The notes: generated by a model not told the origin, from the letters alone. A stretch of 64,000 bases of DNA from an uncultured Nitrospiraceae bacterium (GCA_963846575.1 CAWJWJ010000001.1:896001-960000), one strand, 5' to 3'; counted from the stretch's first letter, positions 51,789-61,886 are shown. Numbers and translations: made by a program.

Positions 51789-53589
51789 TCCACGCCTGCT
51801 CCAGGAGCAGGCGGAAGACCTGTACGAGAACGCGCCCTGCGGGTATCTGTCAGCCCTTCCCGACGGCACGATCCTGAAGATGAACAGAACACTGCTCGCC
51901 TGGCTTGGGTACCAACGGGACGAGTTTCCAGCCCAGAAGCGATTCCAGGAGCTTTTGAGTATCGGAGGTCGCATCTATTACGAGACGCATTTCGCCCCCC
52001 TGCTCAACATGCAAGGCTTTGTGAACGAGATTTCGTTAGACCTGGCGAAAAAGGACCGGCAGCTCCTTCCGGTTCTCGCGACGGCGGTTCAGCGCAGAAG
52101 TCCGACCGGAACGGCGATCGTCAACCGTATCACGCTCTTTAATGTCACCGACCGCAGGAAATACGAACAAGAACTCCTGATCGAGCGGCGGCGCGCGGAA
52201 GCAGCGGCACTGGCCAATGCCGAGCTTGCCAGGCAATTGCAGGCCGATATTGCCGTGCGGATACAGACAGAAACACAGCTCCGGCAACGGGCCGACCTCA
52301 GCTTGTTTGCCGAACACATTGCCAAGCAACTGCATGAACAAGGCAGTCTCACCACGATGCTGCGAGGCTGCACCGGTGTGATGACCGAGCGGCTTCATGC
52401 CGCTCATGCCGCGATCTGGATCCTCCGGGATGAGGACGACCTGCTGGAGTTGCTGGCCAGTTCAGGGCGCTACGAGGATCTGGATGACTCCTACGCGCGC
52501 ATGTCAACAGATCGTCTCATGCTCGGCCGCCTCGTCACCAGGCGCCAGCCCCACTGGACCAATGAGATCGCCGTCGATTCGCTTCTCCCCGACCACGAGT
52601 GGCCACGGCGCGAGGGGATCTGCGCTTTCGCCGGTTACCCGCTGCTGGTCGGGGATCGAGTCATCGGCCTGATGGTTCTCTTTTTTACCGAGGCGCTGTC
52701 TGAAATGATGATCCAGGCACTCTCGTCTGCGGCGAACCATATCGCCCTGGGCATCGGACGGATCCAGGGGGCCATTGCGTTGAGTGAGAGCGAGGCGCGG
52801 CTTCGCTCGCTTGCGGAGCACTTGGAACAGCGGGTGGCGGAACGCACGTCCGACCTGCTGCAATCGCAGCGTAGTTTACGGGCACTGGCCGCCGAGCTGA
52901 ACCTGGCCGAACAACGTGAACGTAGCCGGCTGGCCGCTGAGCTGCACGACCACCTTCAACAAGTGTTGGTGCTCGGCAAGATCAAACTGGGCCAGGGCAA
53001 GCGGATGGCTTCGCCGTCGTCGAGCGTGGAGGTCATGGCGCAGGTGGATGATCTGCTCACGGAGGCGTTGACCTACACCCGGACCCTCGTGGCCGAGCTG
53101 AGTCCTCCCGTGCTGCGCGATAAGGGACTCTGCGCCGCCCTTCTGTGGCTGGCCCAGTACATGAAGAAGCATGATTTACACGTGACCGTCACCGTCCCGA
53201 AGGATGAGGGGGTGCCGCTGCCCGAGGCGCAGGCCGTGCTGCTCTTTCAATCGGTTCGGGAACTGCTCATCAACAGCGCCAAACATGCCGGTACCGGTGA
53301 AGCCACGGTGACCATTGAACGGCAGGGCCCGGAGTTGAAAATCGAAGTGCGGGATAAGGGAAAGGGCTTTCAGCAGGCCGATGCCCAGACGGCCAAAGAA
53401 CTCTCCTCTAAGTTCGGGCTGTTCAGCATACAAGAGAGGATGCATGCGCTGGGCGGATCGTTTACCATTCATTCTTCGCATTGTGGCACGACCTGCCTCC
53501 TCCTTCTTCCGCTTCATCAAGGCGACTCCCTCCACAGCGAGCAACCGACGGTCTCAGCCCTGGAGAGATTCCACAACGAATACCGTTAG
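51775..53589 (+). CDS. PAS-GAF-HisKA_3 sensor histidine kinase with RsbP-like PAS domain
   Basis: LYENAPCGY and GGRIYYETHFAPLL (RsbP-type PAS); FAGYPL GAF; ERSRLAAELHD H-box; RELLINSAKHA, DKGKGF and FGLFSIQER; overlaps rsbQ. Confidence 0.88.
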   Translation: MSETDPRLLQEQAEDLYENAPCGYLSALPDGTILKMNRTLLAWLGYQRDEFPAQKRFQELLSIGGRIYYETHFAPLLNMQGFVNEISLDLAKKDRQLLPVLATAVQRRSPTGTAIVNRITLFNVTDRRKYEQELLIERRRAEAAALANAELARQLQADIAVRIQTETQLRQRADLSLFAEHIAKQLHEQGSLTTMLRGCTGVMTERLHAAHAAIWILRDEDDLLELLASSGRYEDLDDSYARMSTDRLMLGRLVTRRQPHWTNEIAVDSLLPDHEWPRREGICAFAGYPLLVGDRVIGLMVLFFTEALSEMMIQALSSAANHIALGIGRIQGAIALSESEARLRSLAEHLEQRVAERTSDLLQSQRSLRALAAELNLAEQRERSRLAAELHDHLQQVLVLGKIKLGQGKRMASPSSSVEVMAQVDDLLTEALTYTRTLVAELSPPVLRDKGLCAALLWLAQYMKKHDLHVTVTVPKDEGVPLPEAQAVLLFQSVRELLINSAKHAGTGEATVTIERQGPELKIEVRDKGKGFQQADAQTAKELSSKFGLFSIQERMHALGGSFTIHSSHCGTTCLLLLPLHQGDSLHSEQPTVSALERFHNEYR

Positions 53590-54046
53590 CCATGCGTCAT
53601 CTTCTGGCGCCGCTTCTCTGGATCACCCAACGTTACTGAGACCGTGGCAACGTCATCGGCTTGCGAAGGTCTCCAGCGGTCATAAGATGCTTCAGGGGAT
53701 GAACAAAGCGGTAGCGATCACTCCAGTCCGTGCTTACCATCATGGTTTCTAATCGTCAGGATCGGATGCTTCGGTGACAGCGTCCCGCACGAACCTGTCT
53801 GTTCCTCGACGTGAAAATCCGGCCATTCCTTCCCGCGCGTGTTCGTAGATGGAATGGAAAAGCGTGTTTCTTTTACTGGTTCTCGATTCGAACCGCGGCG
53901 GTCCGGATGGTGCGGTAAGGATCCGGGGCAGGATGTGCAGTATGCGCAGATCGAGCACATACGCCTCGATGAGACTCGGGTTCTCGCGCGAGGACCGGTG
54001 CCCGGCAGAAAGGGCTATAAGTGTTTGAAAGAGAAGCGGGAAGGGT

Positions 54047-54123
<77 letters not shown>

Positions 54124-54128
54124 ACCGG

Positions 54129-54158
54129 ATACTAGCAGGGGCGTGAAACGAGAGTCAA
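54129..54158 (-). promoter_or_regulatory. Sigma70 promoter of tRNA-fMet
   Basis: Minus strand TTGACT, 18 nt ending in TGn, TAGTAT, 5 nt before the tRNA 5' end. Confidence 0.65.
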
Positions 54159-54210
54159 GGAACGCAGTGCCGCAATTGCATTCGCGACAGGAGAATGTTA
54201 AAGCACGACC

Positions 54211-55161
54211 ATGCGGATTGTATTCATGGGCACGCCGGACTTCGCCGTGCCATCGCTTGAAGCCTTGCTCAAGTCAGGCGACGAGGTGGTAGGCGTCGTC
54301 ACACAACCGGATCGTCCGAAGGGCCGTGGACAAGAGGTCATTCCGCCACCGATAAAACTCGTCTGCGAGCGCGAGGGGATTCCATTGCTGCAACCCGTCA
54401 AGATGAAAGCCCCCGAATTCTTGGAGGCTTTGCGTCAGTGGAACCCGGATGTCATTACCGTCACGGCGTTCGGTCGTATTTTGCCCCTGGCGATTCTGAC
54501 GCTCCCTCCTCGCGGTTGTATTAATGTCCATGGATCCCTCCTGCCGAAGTATCGCGGCGCGGGGCCGGTGCAATGGGCGATCATAAGGGGTGAGCAAGAA
54601 ACAGGCATCACGACGATGCTCATGGATGAAGGCATGGATACCGGCGCCATGTTATTGCAGGAGCGGGTCGCGATCCGTCCTGACGATACCTCTGGGACCC
54701 TGGCTCCCCGGTTGGCGGAGGTCGGCGGACGGTTATTGGTCGAAACCTTACGTCAGCTCAAGGCGGGGACGCTGAAGCCTCAACCGCAGGACCACGCGCT
54801 TGCGACCATGGCTCCGCTGCTCAAGAAGGAAGATGGCCTGATCGATTGGAGCCTGACCGCCGAAGAGATCGCGAATCGCGTGCGTGGTCTGTCACCATGG
54901 CCCGGCGCCTACACCTATCTGAATGGCGAACGGTGGAGCATTTGGCGGGTGACTGTTGAGGAGAGATCCCCGGGATCGAGCCCCGGCACGGTTACGAAGG
55001 TGACTAAGGAACGGATCGACGTGGCGACCGGCGGCGGGACCATTCAGCTCGTTGAAATCCAGCCATCCAACAGCCGACGCATGGCAGTGGTGCAGTATCT
55101 GACCGGCCATCGCCTGGCTGAGGGTGCCAGAATGGACGCTCCCCCCGCAGCGCAAGGCTGA
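54211..55161 (+). CDS. fmt: Methionyl-tRNA formyltransferase
   Basis: MRIVFMGTPDFA, VTQPDRP, INVHGSLLPKYRGAGP and MDEGMDTG. Confidence 0.97.
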   Translation: MRIVFMGTPDFAVPSLEALLKSGDEVVGVVTQPDRPKGRGQEVIPPPIKLVCEREGIPLLQPVKMKAPEFLEALRQWNPDVITVTAFGRILPLAILTLPPRGCINVHGSLLPKYRGAGPVQWAIIRGEQETGITTMLMDEGMDTGAMLLQERVAIRPDDTSGTLAPRLAEVGGRLLVETLRQLKAGTLKPQPQDHALATMAPLLKKEDGLIDWSLTAEEIANRVRGLSPWPGAYTYLNGERWSIWRVTVEERSPGSSPGTVTKVTKERIDVATGGGTIQLVEIQPSNSRRMAVVQYLTGHRLAEGARMDAPPAAQG

Positions 55162-55227
55162 AGAGAAATCGAATCACCCGCGCCTGTCGCGTGTGCAACC
55201 TACTCGCCCTGTCTCTTTCCACGCCCT

Positions 55228-56667
55228 ATGACCACCGACCGGCCACCAGAACCATCCACCAGGGCTAAGCCATCAGGGCGGCGCGGGGCAGAGAAGGCCT
55301 TGCTCGCGATCGATAAGGCGGGTCTCCTTGCAGACGACCTGTTCGACCAGATGGCTGCCAGAGAATCATTGGATCTGCGCGAGCGGGCCTTCATGGTGGA
55401 GTTGGTACGCGGCGTCTTGCGTTATCGCGGGACGATTGATTGGCGGCTGGGACTGAGATCCGACCGGCCCATCGGGCGACTGCCCACGCTCGTTCAAAAC
55501 GTGTTGCGGCTCGGCGCCTATCAGCTGTTGTTTCTGGACAAAGTTCCGGAGTCGGCTGCGGTCAATGAGTCTGTGCACATGATGAAGCGGCACAGCAAGC
55601 GTCTGGGGCGAGACTGGAGCGGATTCGTGAACGCGTTGCTGAGGGCCCTCCTGCGGCAGTCCGAGCCGGGTTGGCCCGATGCGGTGAGTGACCCGAGCGC
55701 GGCATTCGCGGTGCGTTATTCCTGTCCCGGGTGGCTAGTCGAACGCTGGTGCCGACAGTGGGGTGCGGAGCGTGCGGAAAATTTATGTCGTGCTTCCGTC
55801 GAATTACCGCCCTTGACCTTGCGCGTCAATACGCTGCGTACGTCACGAATGGCCCTGCTACAGGAATTCGCAACGGCTCAAGTGGCGGCCAACCCGACGA
55901 TGATCAGTTCTCTGGGCATTCAGGTGGCGCGTAGCCGATCCGTCAATGAACTTCCTGGTTATGACGACGGATGGTTTTATGTGGAGGATGAAGCAGGGCA
56001 GCTCATTCCGTCATTGCTGGATGTGCAGCCGGGGCATCGGGTGCTGGACGCCTGCGCGGCACCGGGGGGGAAGGCGACCCACCTGGCGGCACTCATGGCG
56101 AATCAAGGATCCATTGTCGCGGTGGACCGGGTTGCCAGCCGATTGGCACGCGTGATGGAAAATTGCCGCCGGCTCGGCGTGACGCTGGTGACTCCGGTGG
56201 TTGGCGATGTGCGTGCCTTCCATCCACGGCAGCCGTCCGGCGATTCCCTGGCTCGGCGGCCGGCCCAGGAGGCAAGTCTATTCGAGCCGTTCGATCGTAT
56301 TCTCCTCGACGCTCCCTGCAGCGGACTCGGTGTGTTGCGGCGCCACCCGGAAGGTAAATGGTATAAAACGGCGGAATCGATTGCCCAGCATCGACAGGTG
56401 CAGAAGGAGTTACTCGCGGCCACCTGCCTTCTCTTGCGACCCGGTGGGCTGTTAGTCTATAGTACCTGCTCCATTGAGCCCGAAGAAACCGAATCGGTCA
56501 TCGACGAGTTTTGCCAGTCGAACCGCGAATTTCAGCGTGAATCCATCGCGCCCTGGATACCCCCAGCCGCTGTGCCGTTCGTGACCCCTCGAGGGGACCT
56601 ATCCACGATGACTAATACGCACCAGATGGATTTTTTCTTTGCCGCGCGCCTTCGGAGGAGTGCATGA
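55228..56667 (+). CDS. rsmB: 16S rRNA m5C967 methyltransferase RsmB (Sun)
   Basis: NusB-like N-terminus (LRLGAYQL, AAVNESV); LDACAAPGGK, DAPCSG and YSTCS. Confidence 0.93.
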   Translation: MTTDRPPEPSTRAKPSGRRGAEKALLAIDKAGLLADDLFDQMAARESLDLRERAFMVELVRGVLRYRGTIDWRLGLRSDRPIGRLPTLVQNVLRLGAYQLLFLDKVPESAAVNESVHMMKRHSKRLGRDWSGFVNALLRALLRQSEPGWPDAVSDPSAAFAVRYSCPGWLVERWCRQWGAERAENLCRASVELPPLTLRVNTLRTSRMALLQEFATAQVAANPTMISSLGIQVARSRSVNELPGYDDGWFYVEDEAGQLIPSLLDVQPGHRVLDACAAPGGKATHLAALMANQGSIVAVDRVASRLARVMENCRRLGVTLVTPVVGDVRAFHPRQPSGDSLARRPAQEASLFEPFDRILLDAPCSGLGVLRRHPEGKWYKTAESIAQHRQVQKELLAATCLLLRPGGLLVYSTCSIEPEETESVIDEFCQSNREFQRESIAPWIPPAAVPFVTPRGDLSTMTNTHQMDFFFAARLRRSA

Positions 56668-57371
56668 GTACCGGCCGGACCATTCGTATCGCACCGTCAA
56701 TTTTGTCGGCGGACTTTGCCCGCCTTGGTGAGGAAGTGTCGCGTGCGGAGCAGGCGGGCGCAGACTGGCTGCACATCGACGTGATGGACGGGCACTTTGT
56801 GCCGAACATGACCGTGGGTCCTCTGATTGTCGAAGCCGTGCGAAAAGTCACCACGTTGCCCCTGGATGTCCACCTGATGATCACCAACCCGGATGCCTTC
56901 ATCGCGGAGTTTGCGGAAGCCGGAGCCGATTATCTGACGGTGCATGTCGAGACCTGTCCCCATTTGCATCGGACGATACAATCCATTAGAGAGCACGGCG
57001 CCAAGGCCGGCGTGACGTTGAACCCTGCGACTCCTGCCGTGTTGCTATCGGAAATCATTCCTGACGTTGATCTCGTGCTGGTCATGTCGGTGAGCCCGGG
57101 GTTCGGCGGTCAAACGTTCATTCCTTCGTCCTTGGCGAAGATCGCCGAGATTCGCACGATGATCGACCGCACCAACAGTCGAGCCCTCCTGGAGGTGGAC
57201 GGCGGTGTCAAGCCGGACAACGCGGGGGATATTCTCGCGGCGGGGGCGGAGGTATTAGTAGCAGGTTCAGCGGTGTTCTCCACGCATGACTATGCCGCCG
57301 CCATCACGGCCTTGAGGGCCGGCCATCCACCGGCTGCACGCCACCCCGGCGTGGCAGCTGCCCATCGATAG
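56664..57371 (+). CDS. rpe: Ribulose-phosphate 3-epimerase
   Basis: IAPSILSADF, HIDVMDGHFVPN, DVHLM, PGFGGQ and EVDGG. Confidence 0.97.
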   Translation: MSTGRTIRIAPSILSADFARLGEEVSRAEQAGADWLHIDVMDGHFVPNMTVGPLIVEAVRKVTTLPLDVHLMITNPDAFIAEFAEAGADYLTVHVETCPHLHRTIQSIREHGAKAGVTLNPATPAVLLSEIIPDVDLVLVMSVSPGFGGQTFIPSSLAKIAEIRTMIDRTNSRALLEVDGGVKPDNAGDILAAGAEVLVAGSAVFSTHDYAAAITALRAGHPPAARHPGVAAAHR

Positions 57372-57397
57372 AAGAGGCGCCAGACCGCACGTGCTTC

Positions 57398-58942
57398 ATG
57401 GATAACCTTCATCCCCTCGAAAGCAACGTCCTGCTGGCGCTGAGCCGGCAGCCCGACTCGCCGCTCACGCTGGATCAACTTGCCGGGGCTACGGAGCTGG
57501 AACCGTCGCAGCTGAGTATGGCTGTCGAGTGGCTGCTGGCTAAATCGTTGATTGACGTCCATGCGGAAACGGTGGCGCATCTCGCGTCATTGACACCGAC
57601 CGGCGAACTATATTTCGAGAAATACTCTCCCATTGAGCGCGTGCTCTCAGCGGCCCGAGAAGCCGGCCAGACAGGGAAACGCCTCACCATTCAGGATATC
57701 CAGGGTAAGGAAGGCCTCGAACCGTCGGATGTCAGCAAGGCAGTGGGCAGCCTGAAAAAAGAGGGTGCGGTGTTGATCGTCCAAGGGGGATGTATCGAAA
57801 GCACCGGCCGCAATAGTCCCACGGCGGAGGCGATGCGAGTCCTGCTGCAGGAGTTGCGGAGGGGGCAGCGGGAGCTCCAGACCTTCGACGAGCCTCTGCG
57901 GACTGTGCTCCAACAGCATGCGGTGAAGCGCGGCAACGCGCGAGAACCGTTCAGAATCGACGAGCGCGTGACCCGATCGTTTGTGCTGACGGCTGAGGGG
58001 CAGGCTGTCGCCCAGGGCCTCGCTCGCGAAGGCTTGGCGGAAGAGGTCTCGCAGTTGACGCCCGAGCTCCTGAAAGAAGGCGCCTGGCGAACCAAGCGCT
58101 TCCGAAAATATACGATCAGTTTACGGGCGCCGAGAATTGCCGCCGGGAAACGGCACCCCTATCGCGAATTTCTCGATCTGGTGAAGCTCAAGCTGGTCAG
58201 TATGGGATTTCAAGAGATGCGGGGAACCCTCGTCGAAACCGAATTCTGGAACATGGATGCGTTGTTCATGCCCCAGTTTCATCCTGCTCGTGACATTCAT
58301 GACGTGTATTTCGTGAAGGAACCGACTCATGTCCCTACCATTGCCGAGCCGTACCTGTCGCGGGTCACGCAGGTGCATGAGAAGGGGACGGGGGCTGGTT
58401 CGACCGGTTGGGGATATACCTTTAATCCCGAACGGGCAAAACGGTTGGTTCTGCGTAGTCAAGGGACGGCGGTGTCGGCCCATACATTGGCTGGCGGTGC
58501 CTCCGTTCCGGGGAAGTACTTTTCGATCGCGCGTTGTTTTCGCTACGACCAGGTCGACGCCACGCATGCCACCGACTTTTTTCAGGTGGAGGGGATTGTG
58601 CTCGGCGCGGATATCAATTTCCGGACGCTGCTCGGATTGCTGAACCTGTTTGCCCGTGAGGTCGCGCAGGCCAAAGAGGTCAAATTTCTGCCGGCCTATT
58701 TCCCTTTTACCGAGCCCTCAGTCGAAATGCATGTGCGTCATCCCAAGTTGGGTTGGATGGAACTGGGTGGCGCCGGGTTGTTTCGCCCGGAAGTGACAAC
58801 TCCCCTCGGAGTGTCTGTGCCGGTTATTGCCTGGGGACTGGGATTGGATCGCATGGCGATGGTGGCCCTCGGCATTCATGACATACGGGATCTGTTCTCC
58901 GCGGATCTGGACTTTATTCGTACCATGCGAGGCAGTTTCTAG
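57398..58942 (+). CDS. pheS: Phenylalanine-tRNA ligase alpha subunit, long archaeal/eukaryotic type
   Basis: 514 aa with long N-terminal extension; FWNMDALFMPQFHPARD, FRYDQVDATH, YFPFTEPS and AWGLGLDR. Confidence 0.93.
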   Translation: MDNLHPLESNVLLALSRQPDSPLTLDQLAGATELEPSQLSMAVEWLLAKSLIDVHAETVAHLASLTPTGELYFEKYSPIERVLSAAREAGQTGKRLTIQDIQGKEGLEPSDVSKAVGSLKKEGAVLIVQGGCIESTGRNSPTAEAMRVLLQELRRGQRELQTFDEPLRTVLQQHAVKRGNAREPFRIDERVTRSFVLTAEGQAVAQGLAREGLAEEVSQLTPELLKEGAWRTKRFRKYTISLRAPRIAAGKRHPYREFLDLVKLKLVSMGFQEMRGTLVETEFWNMDALFMPQFHPARDIHDVYFVKEPTHVPTIAEPYLSRVTQVHEKGTGAGSTGWGYTFNPERAKRLVLRSQGTAVSAHTLAGGASVPGKYFSIARCFRYDQVDATHATDFFQVEGIVLGADINFRTLLGLLNLFAREVAQAKEVKFLPAYFPFTEPSVEMHVRHPKLGWMELGGAGLFRPEVTTPLGVSVPVIAWGLGLDRMAMVALGIHDIRDLFSADLDFIRTMRGSF

Positions 58943-58954
58943 GACGACCACATC

Positions 58955-60673
58955 ATGCCCACTATTTCCCTGCAACGAGATGACCTCGAAACCTTGATCG
59001 CCGGCCTGGACGAGAAGCCGAATCGAATCCCGTTCGATCAGCTTGAAGACTGGTTGATGTTAGTGAAGGGGGAGCTGAAGGGCCACAATCCGGAAACCGG
59101 CGAACTGCGCATCGAGCTGCAAGATAGTAACCGTCCCGACCTATGGTGCTGCGAAGGCATTGCGAGGCAGATTCGGATTAAGCAACAGGGGATGGCAAGC
59201 CCCTATTCGTTTTTCAACAAACAGCGGCCCGTGGTTGGCAAGTTGGTCGTCGCGCCTGGAATGGAGAAGATTCGTCCCTATGTAGCGGCCTGCGCAGCGG
59301 TAGGCTACCGGGTGACGGCCAGCGGTCTGACGCAACTCATACAGACGCAGGAAAAGCTGGCCGATATTTTTGGGCGAAAACGACGCACCGTCTCCATCGG
59401 TCTGTACCGCCTCGCACCGATTGTGTTTCCCGTGTCCTACGACCTCGTCAAGCCTGATGACGTGAAGTTTATTCCCCTTGGGATGGAGACGGTCCTGACA
59501 TTGCGGGAAATTCTTATGGTTCATCCTAAGGGGGTCGAATATGGAGCGATTGTCGGGGGGCACGATCGCCTGCCCGTGCTGAGGGATGCGACGGGGCAGG
59601 TGTTGTCGTTTCCGCCGATCATCAATAGCCGGGAAGTCGGTGAAGTCCAGATCGGGGACCATGAATTATTTGTCGAAGTTACGGGCACTGACCTTTCGAT
59701 GGTCGCACTGGCGCTCAACATTTTTGCCGCCAACCTCGCCGATCGCGGTGCGGTGATCACACCGGTGGAGATCCAGTCGCCGGTGAAAACGACATTCGGA
59801 CGCCGCTGGCACACGCCGATCGATTTTGGGAAATCCCGTACGATTCCCCTGACGGCGATTGAATCGGCGTTGGGGGAAGCGTTGGGCGGGAGAGAAGTGA
59901 CTTCTGCGCTGAAGTCCTATGGTTATGCTGTCAAGACATCGGGGAAGAAACTCTTAGTGCAGCTTCCGCCGTACCGCAATGATTTCCTCCAAACCGTCGA
60001 TGTGGTGGAGGACGTGGCGATCAGCCAGGGGTATGCGCGATTTGCTCCGGTTATGCCATCTCAGTTTACGGTCGGCGGCTTGTCCCGCTTGGAGCAGCTC
60101 GCCGATCGCGTCCGTCACCTGATGGTGGGCATGGAGTTCCAGGAAATCATTTCCAATATCATGGGCTCTCAACAGGATTTCTGCACGAAAATGCGGCTGG
60201 ATGGGACGGAGTGGGCGAGGGTGGTAGAGGTGGATAACGTGATGTCGCTCAGTTATTCCTGCCTGCGTCAGTGGATTACGCCGTCATTACTCCAGGTAGA
60301 AACCAATTCAAGCCGGGCGTTCTATCCGCACCGTATGTTCGAGGTGGGGGAAGTCGCGGTCCCTGATGAGGCAGTCGATCTCGGGTCACGAACGGTGACG
60401 ATGTTGGGCGCGGTGATCGCCCATGCCGGGGCCAATTTCTCAGAAGTCCATTCCTGTCTTGATCTGTTGTTCTATTACCTGGCTCGTCCCGTTACGCTGG
60501 AACCGCTAGCCCATCCCTCATTTCTAGAAGGCCGGGTGGGGAGGATTGTTTCTCATGGCCGGGCGATTGGGTTGCTGGGAGAGGTCCATCCGGAAGTGCT
60601 GGAGCACTGGCAGATCGGGGTGCCGGTTGTTGCTTTGGAACTGGAGGTGGACCGGCTGCTGGATGAAGCGTGA
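58955..60673 (+). CDS. pheT: Phenylalanine-tRNA ligase beta subunit, short archaeal/eukaryotic type
   Basis: 572 aa; MPTI start, NRPDLW, RPYV, QEKL...GRKR, VLSFPPIINS and PPYRND; no obvious bacterial B2 OB-fold or B8 anticodon-binding domain. Confidence 0.92.
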   Translation: MPTISLQRDDLETLIAGLDEKPNRIPFDQLEDWLMLVKGELKGHNPETGELRIELQDSNRPDLWCCEGIARQIRIKQQGMASPYSFFNKQRPVVGKLVVAPGMEKIRPYVAACAAVGYRVTASGLTQLIQTQEKLADIFGRKRRTVSIGLYRLAPIVFPVSYDLVKPDDVKFIPLGMETVLTLREILMVHPKGVEYGAIVGGHDRLPVLRDATGQVLSFPPIINSREVGEVQIGDHELFVEVTGTDLSMVALALNIFAANLADRGAVITPVEIQSPVKTTFGRRWHTPIDFGKSRTIPLTAIESALGEALGGREVTSALKSYGYAVKTSGKKLLVQLPPYRNDFLQTVDVVEDVAISQGYARFAPVMPSQFTVGGLSRLEQLADRVRHLMVGMEFQEIISNIMGSQQDFCTKMRLDGTEWARVVEVDNVMSLSYSCLRQWITPSLLQVETNSSRAFYPHRMFEVGEVAVPDEAVDLGSRTVTMLGAVIAHAGANFSEVHSCLDLLFYYLARPVTLEPLAHPSFLEGRVGRIVSHGRAIGLLGEVHPEVLEHWQIGVPVVALELEVDRLLDEA

Positions 60674-60707
60674 CGGGAAAATCCGTTCGTTCAGGACTTT
60701 CCCGTCA
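60671..60707. terminator. Hairpin between convergent pheT and rplT (possible terminator)
   Basis: TGACGGGAAA...TTTCCCGTCA 10-bp inverted repeat with inner TCC/GGA pairs; no strong U-tract. Confidence 0.45.
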
Positions 60708-60732
60708 TCAAGTGCCTGCGTACTCGCACCCG

Positions 60733-61101
60733 CTAGGTGGCCGAGGGTGCGAGCTGCTGTTTCGCAACTCCGACAAGTTTCTCGAACCCTGCCATATCCT
60801 TGATCGCCATATCGGACAGAACTTTCCGGTCCAATAAAATATTGGCTTTACGAAGCGCATTCATGAAGCGGCTGTAAGCCATTCCATGGATCCGGGTCGC
60901 GGCGCTGATGCGTGCGATCCAAAGTTGGCGGAAGTCGCGCTTGCGATTCTTTCGTCCGACATAGGCATAGGCCTGCCCCTTGTCAACCGATTCTGTTGCT
61001 GTTCGAAACAGTCGGCTTTTCGCTCCAAATTGGCCTTTAGCCAGTTTCAGGCGCTTCTTTCGCCGCTGTCGTGTTTTCGGACCACCTTTTGTACGAGGCA
61101 T
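60733..61101 (-). CDS. rplT: 50S ribosomal protein L20
   Basis: MPRTKGG, KLAKG, RKRDFRQLWIARI, YSRFM and LDRKVLSDMA. Confidence 0.97.
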   Translation of the reverse strand: MPRTKGGPKTRQRRKKRLKLAKGQFGAKSRLFRTATESVDKGQAYAYVGRKNRKRDFRQLWIARISAATRIHGMAYSRFMNALRKANILLDRKVLSDMAIKDMAGFEKLVGVAKQQLAPSAT

Positions 61102-61144
61102 GGATCACTGCTCCTTTCAGATCCGGTTCACCGCACGATCATCG

Positions 61145-61342
61145 TTATTGAGGAAGTAAACGGTTCAGCGCGAGGGTCATGGTCGCCGAAACTTCCGTGG
61201 TCCCCTTCAGGCGTCGCTTGCGGTCCCGGGCTTTTCCAGTCAGCAAATGCCGGCGTCCGGCTTTTCGTCGAACCAATTTCCCCGTTCCCGTGCGGCGAAA
61301 CCGCTTTTTGGCGCCGCTGTGAGTTTTCATTTTCACTTTCAT
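61145..61342 (-). CDS. rpmI: 50S ribosomal protein L35
   Basis: [19 protein letters not shown]...HLLTGK. Confidence 0.97.
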   Translation of the reverse strand: MKVKMKTHSGAKKRFRRTGTGKLVRRKAGRRHLLTGKARDRKRRLKGTTEVSATMTLALNRLLPQ

Positions 61343-61376
61343 GGTCGTCTGTATCCTTCCTTGTGCGCGTGGCGCA

Positions 61377-61883
61377 CTATTTGGGAGCCAAAATCATAAT
61401 CAGGCTCCGCCCTTCCATCCTCGGGGCAAACTCCACGGTGCCTGCTTCCGTGCATTCTTTAATCACGCTGGCCATCATGGTACGGCCCATTTCCTGATTG
61501 GCCATTTCACGCCCGCGGTAGGTGAGCGTCACTTTGGTCTTGTTACCATCAGCGAGAAATTCTTTGATCTGCCGGATTTTAATCTCGAGATCGTGCTTGT
61601 CGGTACGGGGACGAAGCTTGATCTCTTTTACCTGAGTGGACTTCTGGTGACGTCGACTTTGATGATCTTTTTTGCTCAGCTCAAATTTATACTTCCCATA
61701 GTCCATAATGCGGCAAACCGGTGGCTGGGACGTAGGGGCGACTTCCACAAGGTCGTAGCCCCCTTCCTGTGCCTTACTGAAGGCCTCTGCAGTCGGCAGT
61801 ATTCCTAGTTGCTCGCCTTCCGGACCGATGACTCGAACTTCTCGAATCCTGATTTCCCGGTTTACACGTAATTTAGGGACGAT
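61377..61883 (-). CDS. infC: Translation initiation factor IF-3 with non-canonical ATC start
   Basis: Frame extends upstream of the track ORF: (I)[26 protein letters not shown]...DLVEVAP...[15 protein letters not shown] follows GAGGTGA overlapping the thrS stop. Confidence 0.92.
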   Translation of the reverse strand: MVPKLRVNREIRIREVRVIGPEGEQLGILPTAEAFSKAQEGGYDLVEVAPTSQPPVCRIMDYGKYKFELSKKDHQSRRHQKSTQVKEIKLRPRTDKHDLEIKIRQIKEFLADGNKTKVTLTYRGREMANQEMGRTMMASVIKECTEAGTVEFAPRMEGRSLIMILAPK

Positions 61884-61886
61884 AGG

